The position numbers and the translations under genes are program-made. Under the pieces are notes generated by a model. That model saw nothing but the letters and a program-made list of their open reading frames with translations. It ran no database searches and was not told where the DNA came from. From Felis catus (lineage: Eukaryota), in the NCBI RefSeq assembly GCF_018350175.1, contig NC_058368.1, positions 103,292,001 through 103,356,000 on the forward strand: a DNA stretch of 64,000 nucleotides. Reading direction: 5' to 3'. Shown in pieces: positions 1 through 12,309 of this stretch. Each line of letters begins with the position of its first letter. The first letter of the stretch is position 1.

Positions 1-307
1 AACAAATTATTTGACTATAGTAATACTTTCCAATTTTTCCATCCACCACTATAAGGAATTATTTTAACACATTTTAGAGGCCAGAACAGTGCCTAACACT
101 ATATACTGCACAATAAATTTTCAGTGAGTGGATAAAGAGTTCTTTACATCTTTGTTCTCTCTTTGAAGTTCCTTGTGACAATAGAGCAAATTGAGTATGA
201 CTTTTGGGAATAAACCAGAAAAAATAATTAAGTTACTTCAATATCAATTATCGTGTGATTCTACATAATGCTGACTTGTTGTGGCGGTATAAAATTATTT
301 ATTTCAG

Positions 308-475
308 TGATCCTTCTGATCAAAACAATCTTGTCAAAGAAATCATGAAGAAAACAAATTACAGGGAATTAAACCAAGTCCCTGCTGTCCAGATGTTTTC
401 TGTAACATGTCCAGAGACATCACTCCGTATTTTCCAGAGCAATTTGGGACTCACTGGCCTTCACTCTCTGAAAAG
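308..475 (+). CDS. Putative internal coding exon of an unidentified gene (168 nt, phase 2-2): DPSDQNNLVKEIMKKTNYRELNQVPAVQMFSVTCPETSLRIFQSNLGLTGLHSLK
   Basis: Acceptor ttatttatttcag ends at 307 and donor AAG|gtcagc starts at 476. Length is divisible by 3, only one of three frames is open, and the sequence is non-repetitive. Protein not recognised. Confidence 0.5.
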
Positions 476-1123
476 GTCAGCACGTCTATGGGTTTTCAGT
501 CCCCTTTCATCCTCTGTCTGGCTTCATTTACCAACATTCTTCTTTGAGTCTTTCATGGTCTCATACGAGTCCTTGACTGTTTTGTTTTGGGGGGTGCTGG
601 CAATAAAGAGGTATTCACTACGTGGGAAGATGTGGGTGATTTGTTAGAAATTAAAACATCTTTGAGAGTTTGAGGAGAAAAAAAATGATACGTCTCTTTC
701 TCTCCCTTTATTTGCTCCTTCCACCAACCAGGGTGATATCCTGTCCTGGGAACAAAGGACTGCTTTGTGCTCATCTGATTATTTTTTGTTTCTTATCTCC
801 ATGTTTGAGATTCACCAAGTAATTGTAGGGTAGTTTTGTTCAGATGATTATCATTACTGTATCTTCAATTTAAGACTCCAAAATTTTCTTCAAAACATGA
901 CTAAGATCAACTTTAGTCTTACGATCAGTCTTTCTAAAGGACCATTAGAACATTAATGACATGTTGAGAAACACACATTTTCTGTTGATAAGCCTCCCAA
1001 AGAAGCACATGAGTATCCAAACTTCTGTGTTTATCACTTCTAAGACTTTTACTCTTTCCCTTGTTAAACCAATAAAAGGCATGAAAGGTCTTTGGTTTTT
1101 GGATTTTTTTTAATGACAGTTTA

Positions 1124-1161
1124 TCTAAGACAATAGATTTTGGTAAATCTATTGTCTTAGA
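1124..1161. repeat. Perfect inverted repeat, 17-bp arms and 4-nt loop
   Basis: tctaagacaatagattt-tggt-aaatctattgtcttaga. Confidence 0.95.
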
Positions 1162-1544
1162 ATTAAAGAATTAGAGCCCAACACATGTAAGTATTAACAA
1201 ACTTTATAGAATTCCTGGATGGGTATCTTACTTCACTTTGTAAGTTAATGCTCAGGAGCCAAACAACTCCTATATAAGGAACTAAGCAGACATAGAGGGT
1301 AATCTTAACACAATGATAGACACAGAATCAAAATTGATAGGAAATTGAGAGATGTACCACATCTACAGATAAACTCTGATCACTAATTATTAGGTGGTTA
1401 ATAAAATAAGAATTCTGTTCTTCTCGCTATTTTAAAAAATAAAATCCCCTTAATCTATGCACTGCTTAACTCTAGCTATTTTTAACTCAAATGGCTCAAT
1501 ATCGACTACATATGTTGTAGTATTATTCTTAGCTCTCCATATGA

Positions 1545-1715
1545 ACTAATTAATTTGATCCTTAAAATACCGTATGAGATATACATGTAGCCTTTTAAAG
1601 ATAAGAAAACTTAGTCACAAAGACTACAAATAAGTTGCCCAAGATCACACTGAACCGTGACCCAAACCCGGACAGGCCTGATCTAGAGTATGTGATCCTA
1701 ACCCCTACACCTCCC
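1545..1715 (-). mobile_element. MIR SINE fragment
   Basis: Degenerate antisense MIR core: gataagaaaacttag...aagttgcccaagatcacac...ctaacccctacac. Confidence 0.65.
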
Positions 1716-1733
1716 TTAACCATCAGTAGTGAC

Positions 1734-2247
1734 TATATTAGTCTCACATTAGCATTATAACAAGTTACCCACAAGGTAGGGGGCTTAAACAATATTGATT
1801 AATTATCTTACAGTTCTAGAGATCAGAAGTTCAAAATGGCTTTCACAGGCTAAAATCATGATAATGGCGAGTCTGCGTTCCTTTGTGGCTCTAGAGGAGA
1901 AGCTGGTTCCTTGCCTTTTTCAGCTTCAAATGGTCATGTGCCTTCTTTGGGTTGTTGGCCCGTTCCTGTAGCTTCAAAGTCCGCAGGGTAGCACCTTTAA
2001 GAACCTTTCTCTGTTTCAGTCATCATACCAGCTTCTTCTATAACTGATTCTCTTTCCTCCCTTAGAAGAGGGAGGACCCGTTTAACTACACTGGGCCCAC
2101 TCAGAAAATCCAGAAAAATCTCCCCATTACAAAATATTTCATTTAATCACAACTGAGAAGTCCCTAGTCCCCTGCAATGTAACATATTCACAGGTTCTGG
2201 GGATTAGGACATGGACATCTTTGAGGGCGTATTATTCACTCTACACT
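1734..2247 (-). mobile_element. MaLR solo LTR (MLT1C/D-like)
   Basis: ggcttaaacaa...ttatcttacagttctagagatcagaagttcaaaat...ctgggcccac...cacaggttctggggattaggacatggacatctttg matches MLT1 antisense. Confidence 0.85.
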
Positions 2248-2470
2248 GTGCATCACAATTAATGTTAAAGAGGAGAACTTGAATTGTATGTGGGAATGAG
2301 AAGTGATTGTTGTGACTTTTGATCCCATTCTCCAATACTTTTTCACATCTCAGTTATGAATCATTTCTCAAATTAGACAAAATTAGTACTATCCCTTTGT
2401 TTTAAACAGGAAAAAAAAATTGCTTTGAGACCTTCCTAGCATGTAGATACTTCATGTTTATGACTGTTTT

Positions 2471-2679
2471 ATTATTTTTTAATGTTTATTTATGAGAGAC
2501 AGAGAGAGACAGAATGTGAGTGGGAGAGGGGCAGAGAGACAGGGAGACAGAATCTGAGGCAGGTTCCAGGCTCTGAGCTGTCAGCACAGAGCCCCACGTG
2601 GGTCCTGAACTCATGAGCTATGAGATCATGACCTGAGCTAAAGTCAGTTGCCCAACCAACTGAGCCACCCACACACCCC
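2471..2679 (-). mobile_element. CAN-SINE (SINEC_Fc-type)
   Basis: Poly-T, (GA)n and antisense tRNA-derived head. Degenerate TSD tatgactgtttt (2459-2470) / tatggctgctatttt (2680-2694). Confidence 0.95.
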
Positions 2680-2705
2680 TATGGCTGCTATTTTAAACAG
2701 ACTAT

Positions 2706-4538
2706 TCTTGTCTTATTGCTGAGGCTAGGACTTCCAACACAATGTTGAACAACAGTGGTGAGAGTGGACATCCCTGTTCTGTTCCTGACCTTATGGGGAA
2801 AGCTCTCAGTTTTTCCCCATGGAAGATGATATCAGCTGTGGATCTTTCATATATGGCCTTTATGATCTTGAGGTATGTTCCTTCTATACCTACTTTCTTG
2901 AGGGTTTTTATCAAGAAAGGGTGCTACATTTTGTCAAATGCTTTTTTAGCATCTATTGAAAGGATCATATGGTACTTATCCGTTCTTTTATTTATGTGAT
3001 GTATCATGTTGGTTGAATGGTGGATAGTGAACCATCCAGGAATGCATCCCAGGAATAAATCCCACTTGATTGTGGTGAACAATTTTTTTAATGTATTGTT
3101 GGATTTGGTTTGCTAGTATCTTGTTGAGAATTTTTGCATCCACGTTCATCAGGGAGATTGGTCTGTAACTCTCCTTTTGAGTGAGGTCTTTGGTTTTTCA
3201 AATCAAGGTAATGCTGGCCTCATAGAATGAATTTGGAAGTTTTCCTTCCATTTCTATTTTTTGGAACAGCTTCAAAAGAAAATGTATTAACACTTCTTTA
3301 AATGTTTGGTAGAATTCCCCTGGGAAGCCATCTGGCCCTGGACTCTTGTTTGTTGAGAGATTTTTGATTACTGATTTGATTTCTTCACTGTATGAATCTG
3401 TTCAAATTTTCTACCTTTTCCTGTTTCAGTTTCAGTAGTTTGTATGTTTCCAGGAGTTTGTCTATGTCCATGGTATATAACTTCTCCTAACATTCTCTTA
3501 TTATTGTTTGTATTTCTGTGGTGTTGGTTGTTATCTCTCCTCTTTCATTCATGATTTTATTTATTTGGGTCCCTTCCTTTTTCTTTTTGATAAACCTGGC
3601 AAAGGGTTTATCAATTTTGTTAATTCTTTCAAAGAACTAGCTCCTGGATTCATTGATCTGTTGTGTTTATTTTATATATATATATTTTTTATTTTGATAC
3701 CATTGATTTCTGCTCTAACCTTTATTATTTCCCTTCTTCTGCTGATTCTGGGCTTTATTTGCTGCTCTTTTTCCAGCTCCTTTAGGTGTAAGGCTAGGTT
3801 GTGTATCTGAGACCTTTCTTCCTTCTTTAGGAAGGGCTGAATTGCTATATACTTCCCTCTTATGACCACCTTTGCTGTATCCCAGAGGTTTTGGGTTGTC
3901 GTGTTTTCATTTTCATTGGCTTCCATGTACTTTTTAATTTCCTCTTCAATTGATTGGTTAACCCATTCATTCTTTAGTAGGATGTTATTTAATTTCCAAG
4001 TGTTCTTGGTCTTTCCAAATTTTTTTCTTTTGGTTGATTTCAAGTATCATAGTGTTGTGGTCTGAAAATACGCATAGTATTGTGGAGGGCTGATTTGCGA
4101 CCCAGTATGTGATCTGTTCTAGAGAATGTTCCCTGTGCACTCAAGAAAAAAATGTATTCTGCTGCTTTAGCATGAAATGTTCTGAAGGTATCTGTTAGGT
4201 CTATCCGGTCCAGTGTGTCATTCAAAGCCATGTTTGTTGATTTTCTGCTTAGATGATCTGTCCATTGCTATAAACAGGGTGTTGAAGTCCCCTACTATTA
4301 TGGTATTATTATCAATGAGTGTCTTTATGTTTGTGATTAATTGATTTATATATTTGGGTTCTATCGTGTTGGGGACATAAATATTTACAATGGTTAGATC
4401 TTTTTGGTGAATAGACCCCTTAATTATGATATAATACCCTCTTCATCTCTTGTTACAGTCTTTGTTTTAAAGTCTAGTTTGTCTGATATAAGCATGGCTA
4501 GTCCAGCTTTCTTTTGACATCCATGAGCATGATAGATG
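2706..4538 (-). mobile_element. L1 (carnivore/felid) inverted 5' segment: ORF2 endonuclease to RT, decayed
   Basis: Minus-strand ORF2 peptides [56 protein letters not shown], with frameshifts and stops. Confidence 0.95.
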
Positions 4539-5471
4539 CTAAAAAATGAAAGATATCCAAATCAGCAAGGAAGAAGTCAAACTTTCATCCTTCACAGACG
4601 ACAAGATACTCTACATGTAAAACCCAAAAGGTTCCACCAAAAAACTGCTAGAAATGATGCATGAATTCAGCAAAGTCACAAAATATAAAATCAATGTGTA
4701 GAAATCAGTTGCATTTCTATACACCAATAATGAAGCAGCAGAAAGAGAAATCAAGGAATAAATCCCATTCACAACTGCACCAAAACCCATAAAATACCTA
4801 GGAATAAATCTAACCAAAGGTGTGAAAAATCTATACGCTGAAAACTATAGAAAGCTTATCAAAGAANNNNNNNNNNNNNNNNNNNNNNNNNNNNNNNNNN
4901 NNNNNNNNNNNNNNNNNNNNNNNNNNNNNNNNNNNNNNNNNNNNNNNNNNNNNNNNNNNNNNNNNNNNNNNNNNNNNNNNNNNNNNNNNNNNNNNNNNNN
5001 NNNACAGACACAGAACAAACAATCCTAAAATTTGTATGGTATCAGAAAAAAAAAAAACCCAAATAGCCAAAGGAATCCTGCAAAAGAACACCAAAGCTGG
5101 AGACATCAGAATTCTGGACCTCAAGCTGTATTACAAAGCTATAATCATCAAGACAGCATGGCAGTGGCACAAAAACAGACACACAGATCAACGGAACAGA
5201 ATAGAGAATTCAGAAATGGACCCACAAACATATGGCCAACTAATCTTTGACAAAGCAGGAAAGAATATGAAATGGAAACAAGACAGTCTCTTCAGGAAAT
5301 AGTGCTGGGAAAACTGGACAGCAACACACAGAAGAATGAACCTGGACCACTTTCTTACACCATACACAAAAAGAAACTCAAAATGGATGAAAAACTTAAA
5401 TGTAAGCAGGAAACCATCAAAATCCCAGAAAACAGTCAACAGTCTCTTTGACCTTGGCACAGCAAATTCTT

Positions 5472-5683
5472 TAAAATTCTTTTTTTAACGTTTATTTATT
5501 ATTGAGAGACAGAGCATGAGCATGGGAGGGGCAGAGAGAGGAGGAGACACAGAATCTGAAGGAGGCTCCAGGTTCTGAGTTACTAGCACAGAGCCCGACG
5601 AGGGGCTCGAACTCACAAACCCAGAGAGATCATCACCTGAGCTGCAGTCGGACGCTTAACCGACTGAGCCACCCAGGGGCCCC
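5472..5683 (-). mobile_element. CAN-SINE inserted in L1 ORF2
   Basis: TSD ttggcacagcaa(a/c)ttctt at 5454-5471 and 5684-5701. Confidence 0.95.
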
Positions 5684-6380
5684 TTGGCACAGCAACTTCT
5701 TACTAAACCTATCTCTGGAGGCAAGGGAAACAAAAGCAACAATGAACTATTGGGACTTATCAAGATAAGAGCTCTGTATGGCAAAGGAAAGAATCAACAA
5801 AACTAAAAGCTAAGGGTCAGAATGGGAGAAGAAATTTGCAAATGACATATCGGATAAAGGGCTAGTATCCAAAATCTATAAAGAACTTATCAAGCTCAAC
5901 ACCCAAAAAAACAAATAATCCAGTGAAAAAAATGGGCAAAAGACCTGAACAGAGACTTTTCCCAAGAAGGTATCTAGAGGGCTAACAGACAAATATCACC
6001 CATCATGAGGCAAGTATAAATCAAAATCATAATGAGATACATCCTCACACCTATCAGAACGGGTAAAATTAGTACCTCGGGAAACAACAGATGTTGGCAA
6101 GGATGTGGAAAAAGGGGAAACCTTTGGCACTGTTGGTGGTAATGTAAATAACCTGTTGCTGCCACTCTGGAAAACTGTATGGAGGATCATCAAAAAATTA
6201 AAAAAAGAGCTACCTTATGACCCAGCAATTGCAGTACTAGGTATTTATCCAAGGGATACAGGTGTGCTTTTTAGAAGGGGCACATGCACCCCCATGTTTA
6301 TAGCTGTGCTATCAACAATAGCCAAATCATGGAAAGAGCCCAAATGTCTAATGAGTGACAAATGGATAAAGAAGATGTGG

Positions 6381-6393
6381 TATATATACATAC

Positions 6394-6436
<43 letters not shown>
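6381..6436. repeat. (TA)n/(TG)n microsatellite in the L1 3'UTR
   Basis: About 19 TG units seen directly. Confidence 0.95.
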
Positions 6437-6438
<2 letters not shown>

Positions 6439-8263
6439 ATGGAGCATTACTTAGTGATCAAAAAGAATGAAATATTGCCATTTGCAACATGGTGGATGGA
6501 GTTAGGATGTATTATGCTAAGCAAATAAGTCAGTCAAAGAAAAATACCATATGATTTCACTCATATGTGGAATTTAAGAAACAAAACAGATAATATAAGG
6601 GAAGGGAAGGGAAGGAAAAATGAGATAAAAACAGAGAGTCAAACCATAAGAGACTCTTAAATACAAAAAACAGACTGATGGTTGCTGGAGAGGTGTTGAA
6701 TGGATGGATGGGCTAACAGGTGATGGGCACTGAGAAGGGCATTTGTTGGGATGGGCACTGTGTGTTATATTTAAGCGAAGACTCACAAAATTCTACTCGT
6801 GAAACCATTATTACACTATATGTTAACTAACTTGGACTTAAGTAATTTTTTTTTAAAAAAAGTAAAAATAAACAGACTATGCTTTACTTGCTTCTAGATA
6901 CACACAGAGCCTAAGTCAAAAGGCATACAGCCAAAGGCCTGACTGTATGTGGAGTGTCTCCAATGTGAGAATAATCTATTACCAGACCAGACTGCATTGA
7001 TGTAGACCCAGGTGACGCTGAACTTGTAAACAGCCATGATTACAGATGGCAGGCGGATGGCCTAAAACATAGCTCGAGACAGAAATTCCCTCTTTATCTC
7101 CTTACCATTTTCTTGTATTAGAGGTAGAAAATTTGAAAGATAAATCTAAGAGACGGAGTAGTGTGCCAAGTACTTAGCAAACCCCCACTGGAGAAACAAA
7201 CTAAATTCAAATCTAAACCCAATAGGTATTATTAGAAGTTTCCTCCCTCATATGTAAATTAAATATGGTAATTTCTTTCCTGCATGTTTCCCTCTGCAAA
7301 GGATGGAATTGTAACAATGATCCAAGCGCGGGAAGTGGCAGGGGGTGATGGAGAGTCGCATTATGAGATACTGTCAGAAACATTTCATCTCTATGGATTC
7401 CTGCAAGCATCCTGGGCAAGAAGAACAAAAGAACAGTGGCCAGCTCAAAATCACCAAGTCCTTCTCTTGACAAACATCTAAAACTGTGTACTGTACTAGG
7501 AAAAGACTAACTTTATATATACACACTTACTGTAAGCACCCAGGTCTTTGTTGTGCTTCAAGAACATCTATCTGCTCTGCACACACTTAGCATTTCAAAA
7601 CACTATTAAAAAAAACCAAACTGGGAGACCAGTCAATCAGATTAAGGAATGGACAATTTGAAGTTTCCCCTGATATTTTAACATTCCTCTTTGGAAAACT
7701 GTGCACAGGTGCAATCAGAGCAAACAAAGACAATTCGCTTTTACAATGAAGTAGCTTAATGCTTTTCTTAAAGGTGTAACTTGATTAATTTCTTTTATGA
7801 GGCTAAGCAGGATGATCCAAGAAGAAAAATGTCATGTAGCTACAGAGTATTATGATTCATTATAATAAAGGCCAGGATAATAACAACCTAATAATAGAAT
7901 ATGAATAGACTTTAAAGCACCAATTCAACGGAATTTATAGAAAGCAGCAAGCAGCTTTAAAGAAAACAGGATGGGCACTTCTCATGGCAAAACACGCATC
8001 TTGTTTGTCCCAGGGAAGATGAAATACAAACCGGTGATCTTTAAGTCTCTATTGTAGCTTTCCATTTACGTTGGTAGGAGAAGCTCCGGGGTAGAGAACA
8101 CCAGTGCTCCCTCCAAATGGATGCAGCAAGAAGTTACTCCTATCAGCTTTTGTTTAATGTTATAAATCTGACCTACTTGTCAGCATCATGATTCGTGACA
8201 GCAAACAGAGAGAGTGTGAAGCCCGCATTTCTGTGGGTAGGGAATAGATTATAGAGTATTTAG

Positions 8264-8383
8264 ACAGCTTTCACGCCCAGTCCCAGCCAGTCTTGCTGGA
8301 CATAAAAGAAACTCCAGAAAATTCTGCAGTTCTACTACAGACTCAGAGTGAGATTCAGGGAGATGAATCATTTCTTGCTGAAG
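8264..8383 (+). other. Candidate exon ending at a consensus splice donor
   Basis: AAG|gtaagt at 8384. An open frame upstream reads SFHAQSQPVLLDIKETPENSAVLLQTQSEIQGDESFLAE. Acceptors are weak (8263 or 8340); TATA-like cataaaa at 8301. Confidence 0.3.
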
Positions 8384-8689
8384 GTAAGTGTCTTGAATAC
8401 AGCCTCAAAGCCTACACTGGCAACCTTAGGGAAAAATCTTTTTCTTGTGTATGAATAAAAAACTCCCATTAATCCTAAATAAATTAGAGGTATGTGTTGA
8501 GGAGCTTCTCTATGTCTTTATCCTCATGGGCTGGTGGAAAACTACCTAAAGGAAGAAGCGTTTGTATGTATGCGTCTTATGCTTGCCGGTTGAGGTTGGT
8601 AGCGACTGGTCTGTTCAACAACAAATGGCTCCACTGGTGGTATGAATTCCACTCTTAGTGACCGCACGTCATGACTTAGCCCTAAATTT

Positions 8690-9170
8690 GTTCTCTCTCG
8701 TTACTCAACACTTACTGGGCAACTACTGTATACAAGGTACTGTGCTGGGTTTTAGAGATACAAATGTAAAAGACAACCCGAGGTCAAGAAAGTTGGGTCA
8801 AAAAAATGTAGATACTCTCCCCGCAAAATGTTATCACATGGTTTTGTAAACATGCTTAGGGAAAAACACAGCATTTCTGAGGCAGTAAGAGTCAGAGGCT
8901 GCTTCCTAAAGAACAAAACATATGGATTTGATTTTGTGGGATAATCAAGTGCTTGACATTTTGTAGCAAAGGGGAAAGAAAGAAGTATTTTGCTTAGAAA
9001 GAAAAGCGTGAACAAAAAAAAATCATGGAGCAAAAAACAAAAATGTTATGCTAGAAGACTAACTAGTAGAGTGTTGGAATAAGGGCTTCTTACTCAAGGA
9101 GGGGAAGAAGGGCAGATCAATCTAAAAGGGCTTGTTGGTGAAACTCACTAAAAAATATGCTACACAGACA
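8690..9170 (-). mobile_element. L2 3' fragment
   Basis: ctcaacacttactgggcaactactgtatacaaggtactgtgctgggttttagagataca is typical of an antisense L2 3' end. Confidence 0.7.
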
Positions 9171-9382
9171 TTTTAAACTTCATTATGCATGTATTGTGTT
9201 TTCTGGTGTGTTTAAGTTTAGTTGTGGGTTAGAAACAGAATGTTGATGGAACGTGGCTTGAGGAGGTGATGACAGAGGCAGGAGGAAGCCAACGGAATCC
9301 GGGAAAAGGGCAGGAAGAGAGTGCGTTGCAGAGGAAGGAATGAAATTGGGGAAAAGATCAGAGATGAAATTCAAAGTTTTTG

Positions 9383-9414
9383 TCACACACACACGCACAC
9401 ACACACACACACAC
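9383..9414. repeat. (CA)n microsatellite
   Basis: Seen directly. Confidence 0.9.
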
Positions 9415-12309
9415 AATGTTTTGTGTTTATCTCGAATCACTGTGTAAACTCAGTTTCTTTTAGGGAGGAACATAGTGGAGTAGCAGAAAGAAGATAAAGA
9501 ACTTGAACAGGAGCAGACTGAAAGAGTAGGTCCAGGTAGAGATGTCTAGGACCAAGCTGAGCTTGGACTGAATATAAACTCTGGGCAGAATGTAAGGGTT
9601 TCGGAGAGAGCATGGTGGGGCTGGCATTTCATACCACGGCTATAAAATAGACTCCCTAGAAGCACATGTTCACAGAGAGAAAAGTGGAACAGACACCAAG
9701 GCAATGCTAATGGGATAGGTGTTCATTTTGCTTCACTCAGAAAGTTCACTTCCAGTGACTGTATCTGGAGGGACGGAGTGGATAGATTTGAACCAGAGAT
9801 GATGCTCAGTCCTCCTAACACTCTTGGGCTCCCCATGTGTCTTCTCCACTTATCCATTATAAAAGTCACACATGTGTATCAGGCTTTCCTGAGGTGTCCA
9901 AAAGTGAGATCACAGTCTGTGAAAAAAAGATTTTGCATTTCTCATAACACGAGGGAAAAGCAGTATAGAAGCTAAATCCCTCACGACATGGGTTCCCATG
10001 ATTGCCTCCAGTTCCTAAGTTGGTTTCTTATCCTTCCCCCAAATCCACCTCTAAATCTGGTGTATTGAATGACAACCATCTTTTAAGGATACAGTCCCCC
10101 CTTCCCAAAGGGCCTGATCTTCTAGGTTTCTTCCTTCCCCAGCAAAACAATTCTGTACATCTGGGTTATTTTGTCTACAATAACATGCCTCACAGAGCTT
10201 TAGATAAGGTAATTCAAGGTGGCTGTAAGGACTCCAGGTCTAGTCTCCTTAAGGTCTTCCTGTGAGGATATGAAATCTATGTGGGTTGTTTTTTGGGGAT
10301 TTTTTTGAGTGTCCAGTGGATACGTGTTGGAGTACTAGTGTAATTTATTCTCTACTCTTCATACTACACCTATGAGAAATTGGTGTTGGTTAAATAAACC
10401 TCATCCACATGGGGTGATTCAGGTTAGGCTGCCTGATGCTGGATCTGGGAATTCAGTCAAGCTTCCAATAGCTCTGATATGACCCTCTCTCATCCACAGA
10501 CATGATCATCGGCAACTGTGTTCTACACAACAGAAAGCCAGAGGATTGCCCTGTGTCTATCCCCACAAATGTTTCTGGTCTTGTCACGTACCCCAGTGGC
10601 ACAGACTCCCTTCTGTTTCTGTAGAACAGATTTATCCACGTGGAGTCTGTGCCAGGCCTTTTCATCCATCCGAGTTTCTTGTTGACAATTGTTAATCCAG
10701 TGAAAGCCATACTATAATGGGGGTGAGGGGTCACTGAAACATGTCAAGGTGGAGATAGAAGTTGGCAGTCATGGGAAGGGAGTGAAGGCTACATTCAGGA
10801 AAAGAATTTTTAGGATGAGAGAGATTTGAGGACATCAATAGCCTGAGAGAAAATTCTAAGTGGGGAGGAAGAGGAGCAAGACACAGGAGAGACGCTATAA
10901 CTGATGGTTCAGGAACCCAGAAAAGGCAGGAGAGTTTGGAATGAAAGACTGAAGTGGAAATATCTAAGACTGCTGGTTCCTCTTCCCCTCAAATGGAAGA
11001 AATGGATGAGCACAATGAAAACATTTTTATGTTTGTCTATCAGAGTTGTCAGACTAAAAGTCATTTAAGTACAGAAGCCTGCCTTATCCCTCGTAGGGTT
11101 GTCAGTCTGTCCCCTTGTTTACACAACTGCAAACTGAAAAAAGGTGAATTGCATGCCATCAAGAAGCCACGCTTCTGCTGGGAAGAGAGAACAGTAAGCA
11201 ATTACGATAAATTAATATACACAATGTTATAAGTTATTATAGCAATTCTGTAATAATTTTCTAAATATGGTATCTTGCTCTTGTACTTAAATAGGAAGGG
11301 ACTGAGAAGTCTCTTACAAACCTGACACCTTTTTACAAGAAAGAAAACGTTTAACATAAAGGGATAAGAACTAACCTAGAATTGTGGCAGAGTGGAAAAC
11401 CTATTTTGTAAGATTATAGAATTAGAAGTGTTTTGTTTCTGCTTTTATTTGGATCACTGCATATCAACTTCATGAATTTAAGAGCTGTATGAACCAGAAA
11501 AAAAAAAAAAAACACTGCTAGAATGATTTTGAACCAAACTAATCAGTTTCAGAAATGTATAGCTGAAATTGATTCTAGCATTTAACACAATGCTAAATAT
11601 GGCCGTTATACAAAAACCCAATGTTGAATCCGTGCAATACCAACTGGTATTGGAGGGCACGAAGGAAGGAAAGAACTTTAGCTCTCACAGTGAAACACAT
11701 AGTTGAACCTTGTTAATAGACATTATAAACGACCTATTTCTTCTCTCTCTCTCTCTCTGTGTCTTCCCCACCTAATGCATTCCACCCTCACACATACACA
11801 GAGAGCAAGAGGATTTCATACAATCGCTCCCACAGAAAGAGACTGTGAGATATCTCCCACAGAAGTCTGAATTCAGTTCTAACTGGCTGGAGAAGCTAGA
11901 TTCCATTCCTAGCTCCAACAGGACTTTGACCCCACATTACCACACTGAGGAGTTGCCACAATAAATATTATCTTTGAAACCCCTGAAAGCTCCATAGAGA
12001 AATATCTTATAATTACTCAGTGACATGTTACTTAAATTGGCAAACCAGAACAGCAGCAATGCCATAAGGTGTGTAACAAAATAACAAAATAACAAATGAT
12101 GGCCAAGAATGACCCTGGAACATTTCTGGGCATGAATCCTTGTTGATCACAGAACTTACTTGATAGGCAACCACTTGACAGGTTTTGAGACAAAATAAAG
12201 ATAACATTTCCTATTTTAACTAGAAAATATATGTTTCTCATCTGTTTCTCAGAAACAGTGTCTATTATTTCCCAAGAGAATTATGACTTTGTTCAGAGCA
12301 GAAATTGTC

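Larger units (their letters stand above)
4540..6869 (+). mobile_element. L1 forward segment: ORF2 RT to C-terminus, 3'UTR and A-rich tail (same insertion as 2706-4538)
   Basis: Begins [21 protein letters not shown] (decayed FADD), then [29 protein letters not shown] and a carnivore-type 3'UTR. TSD aaacagactat at 2695-2705 and 6870-6880. Confidence 0.95.

Noticed and set aside
2702-6470. RT and endonuclease ORFs as a functional enzyme system
   Set aside because: Fragments of a dead L1 ORF2 with stops, frameshifts, an inversion, a SINE insertion and FADD changed to FTDD.
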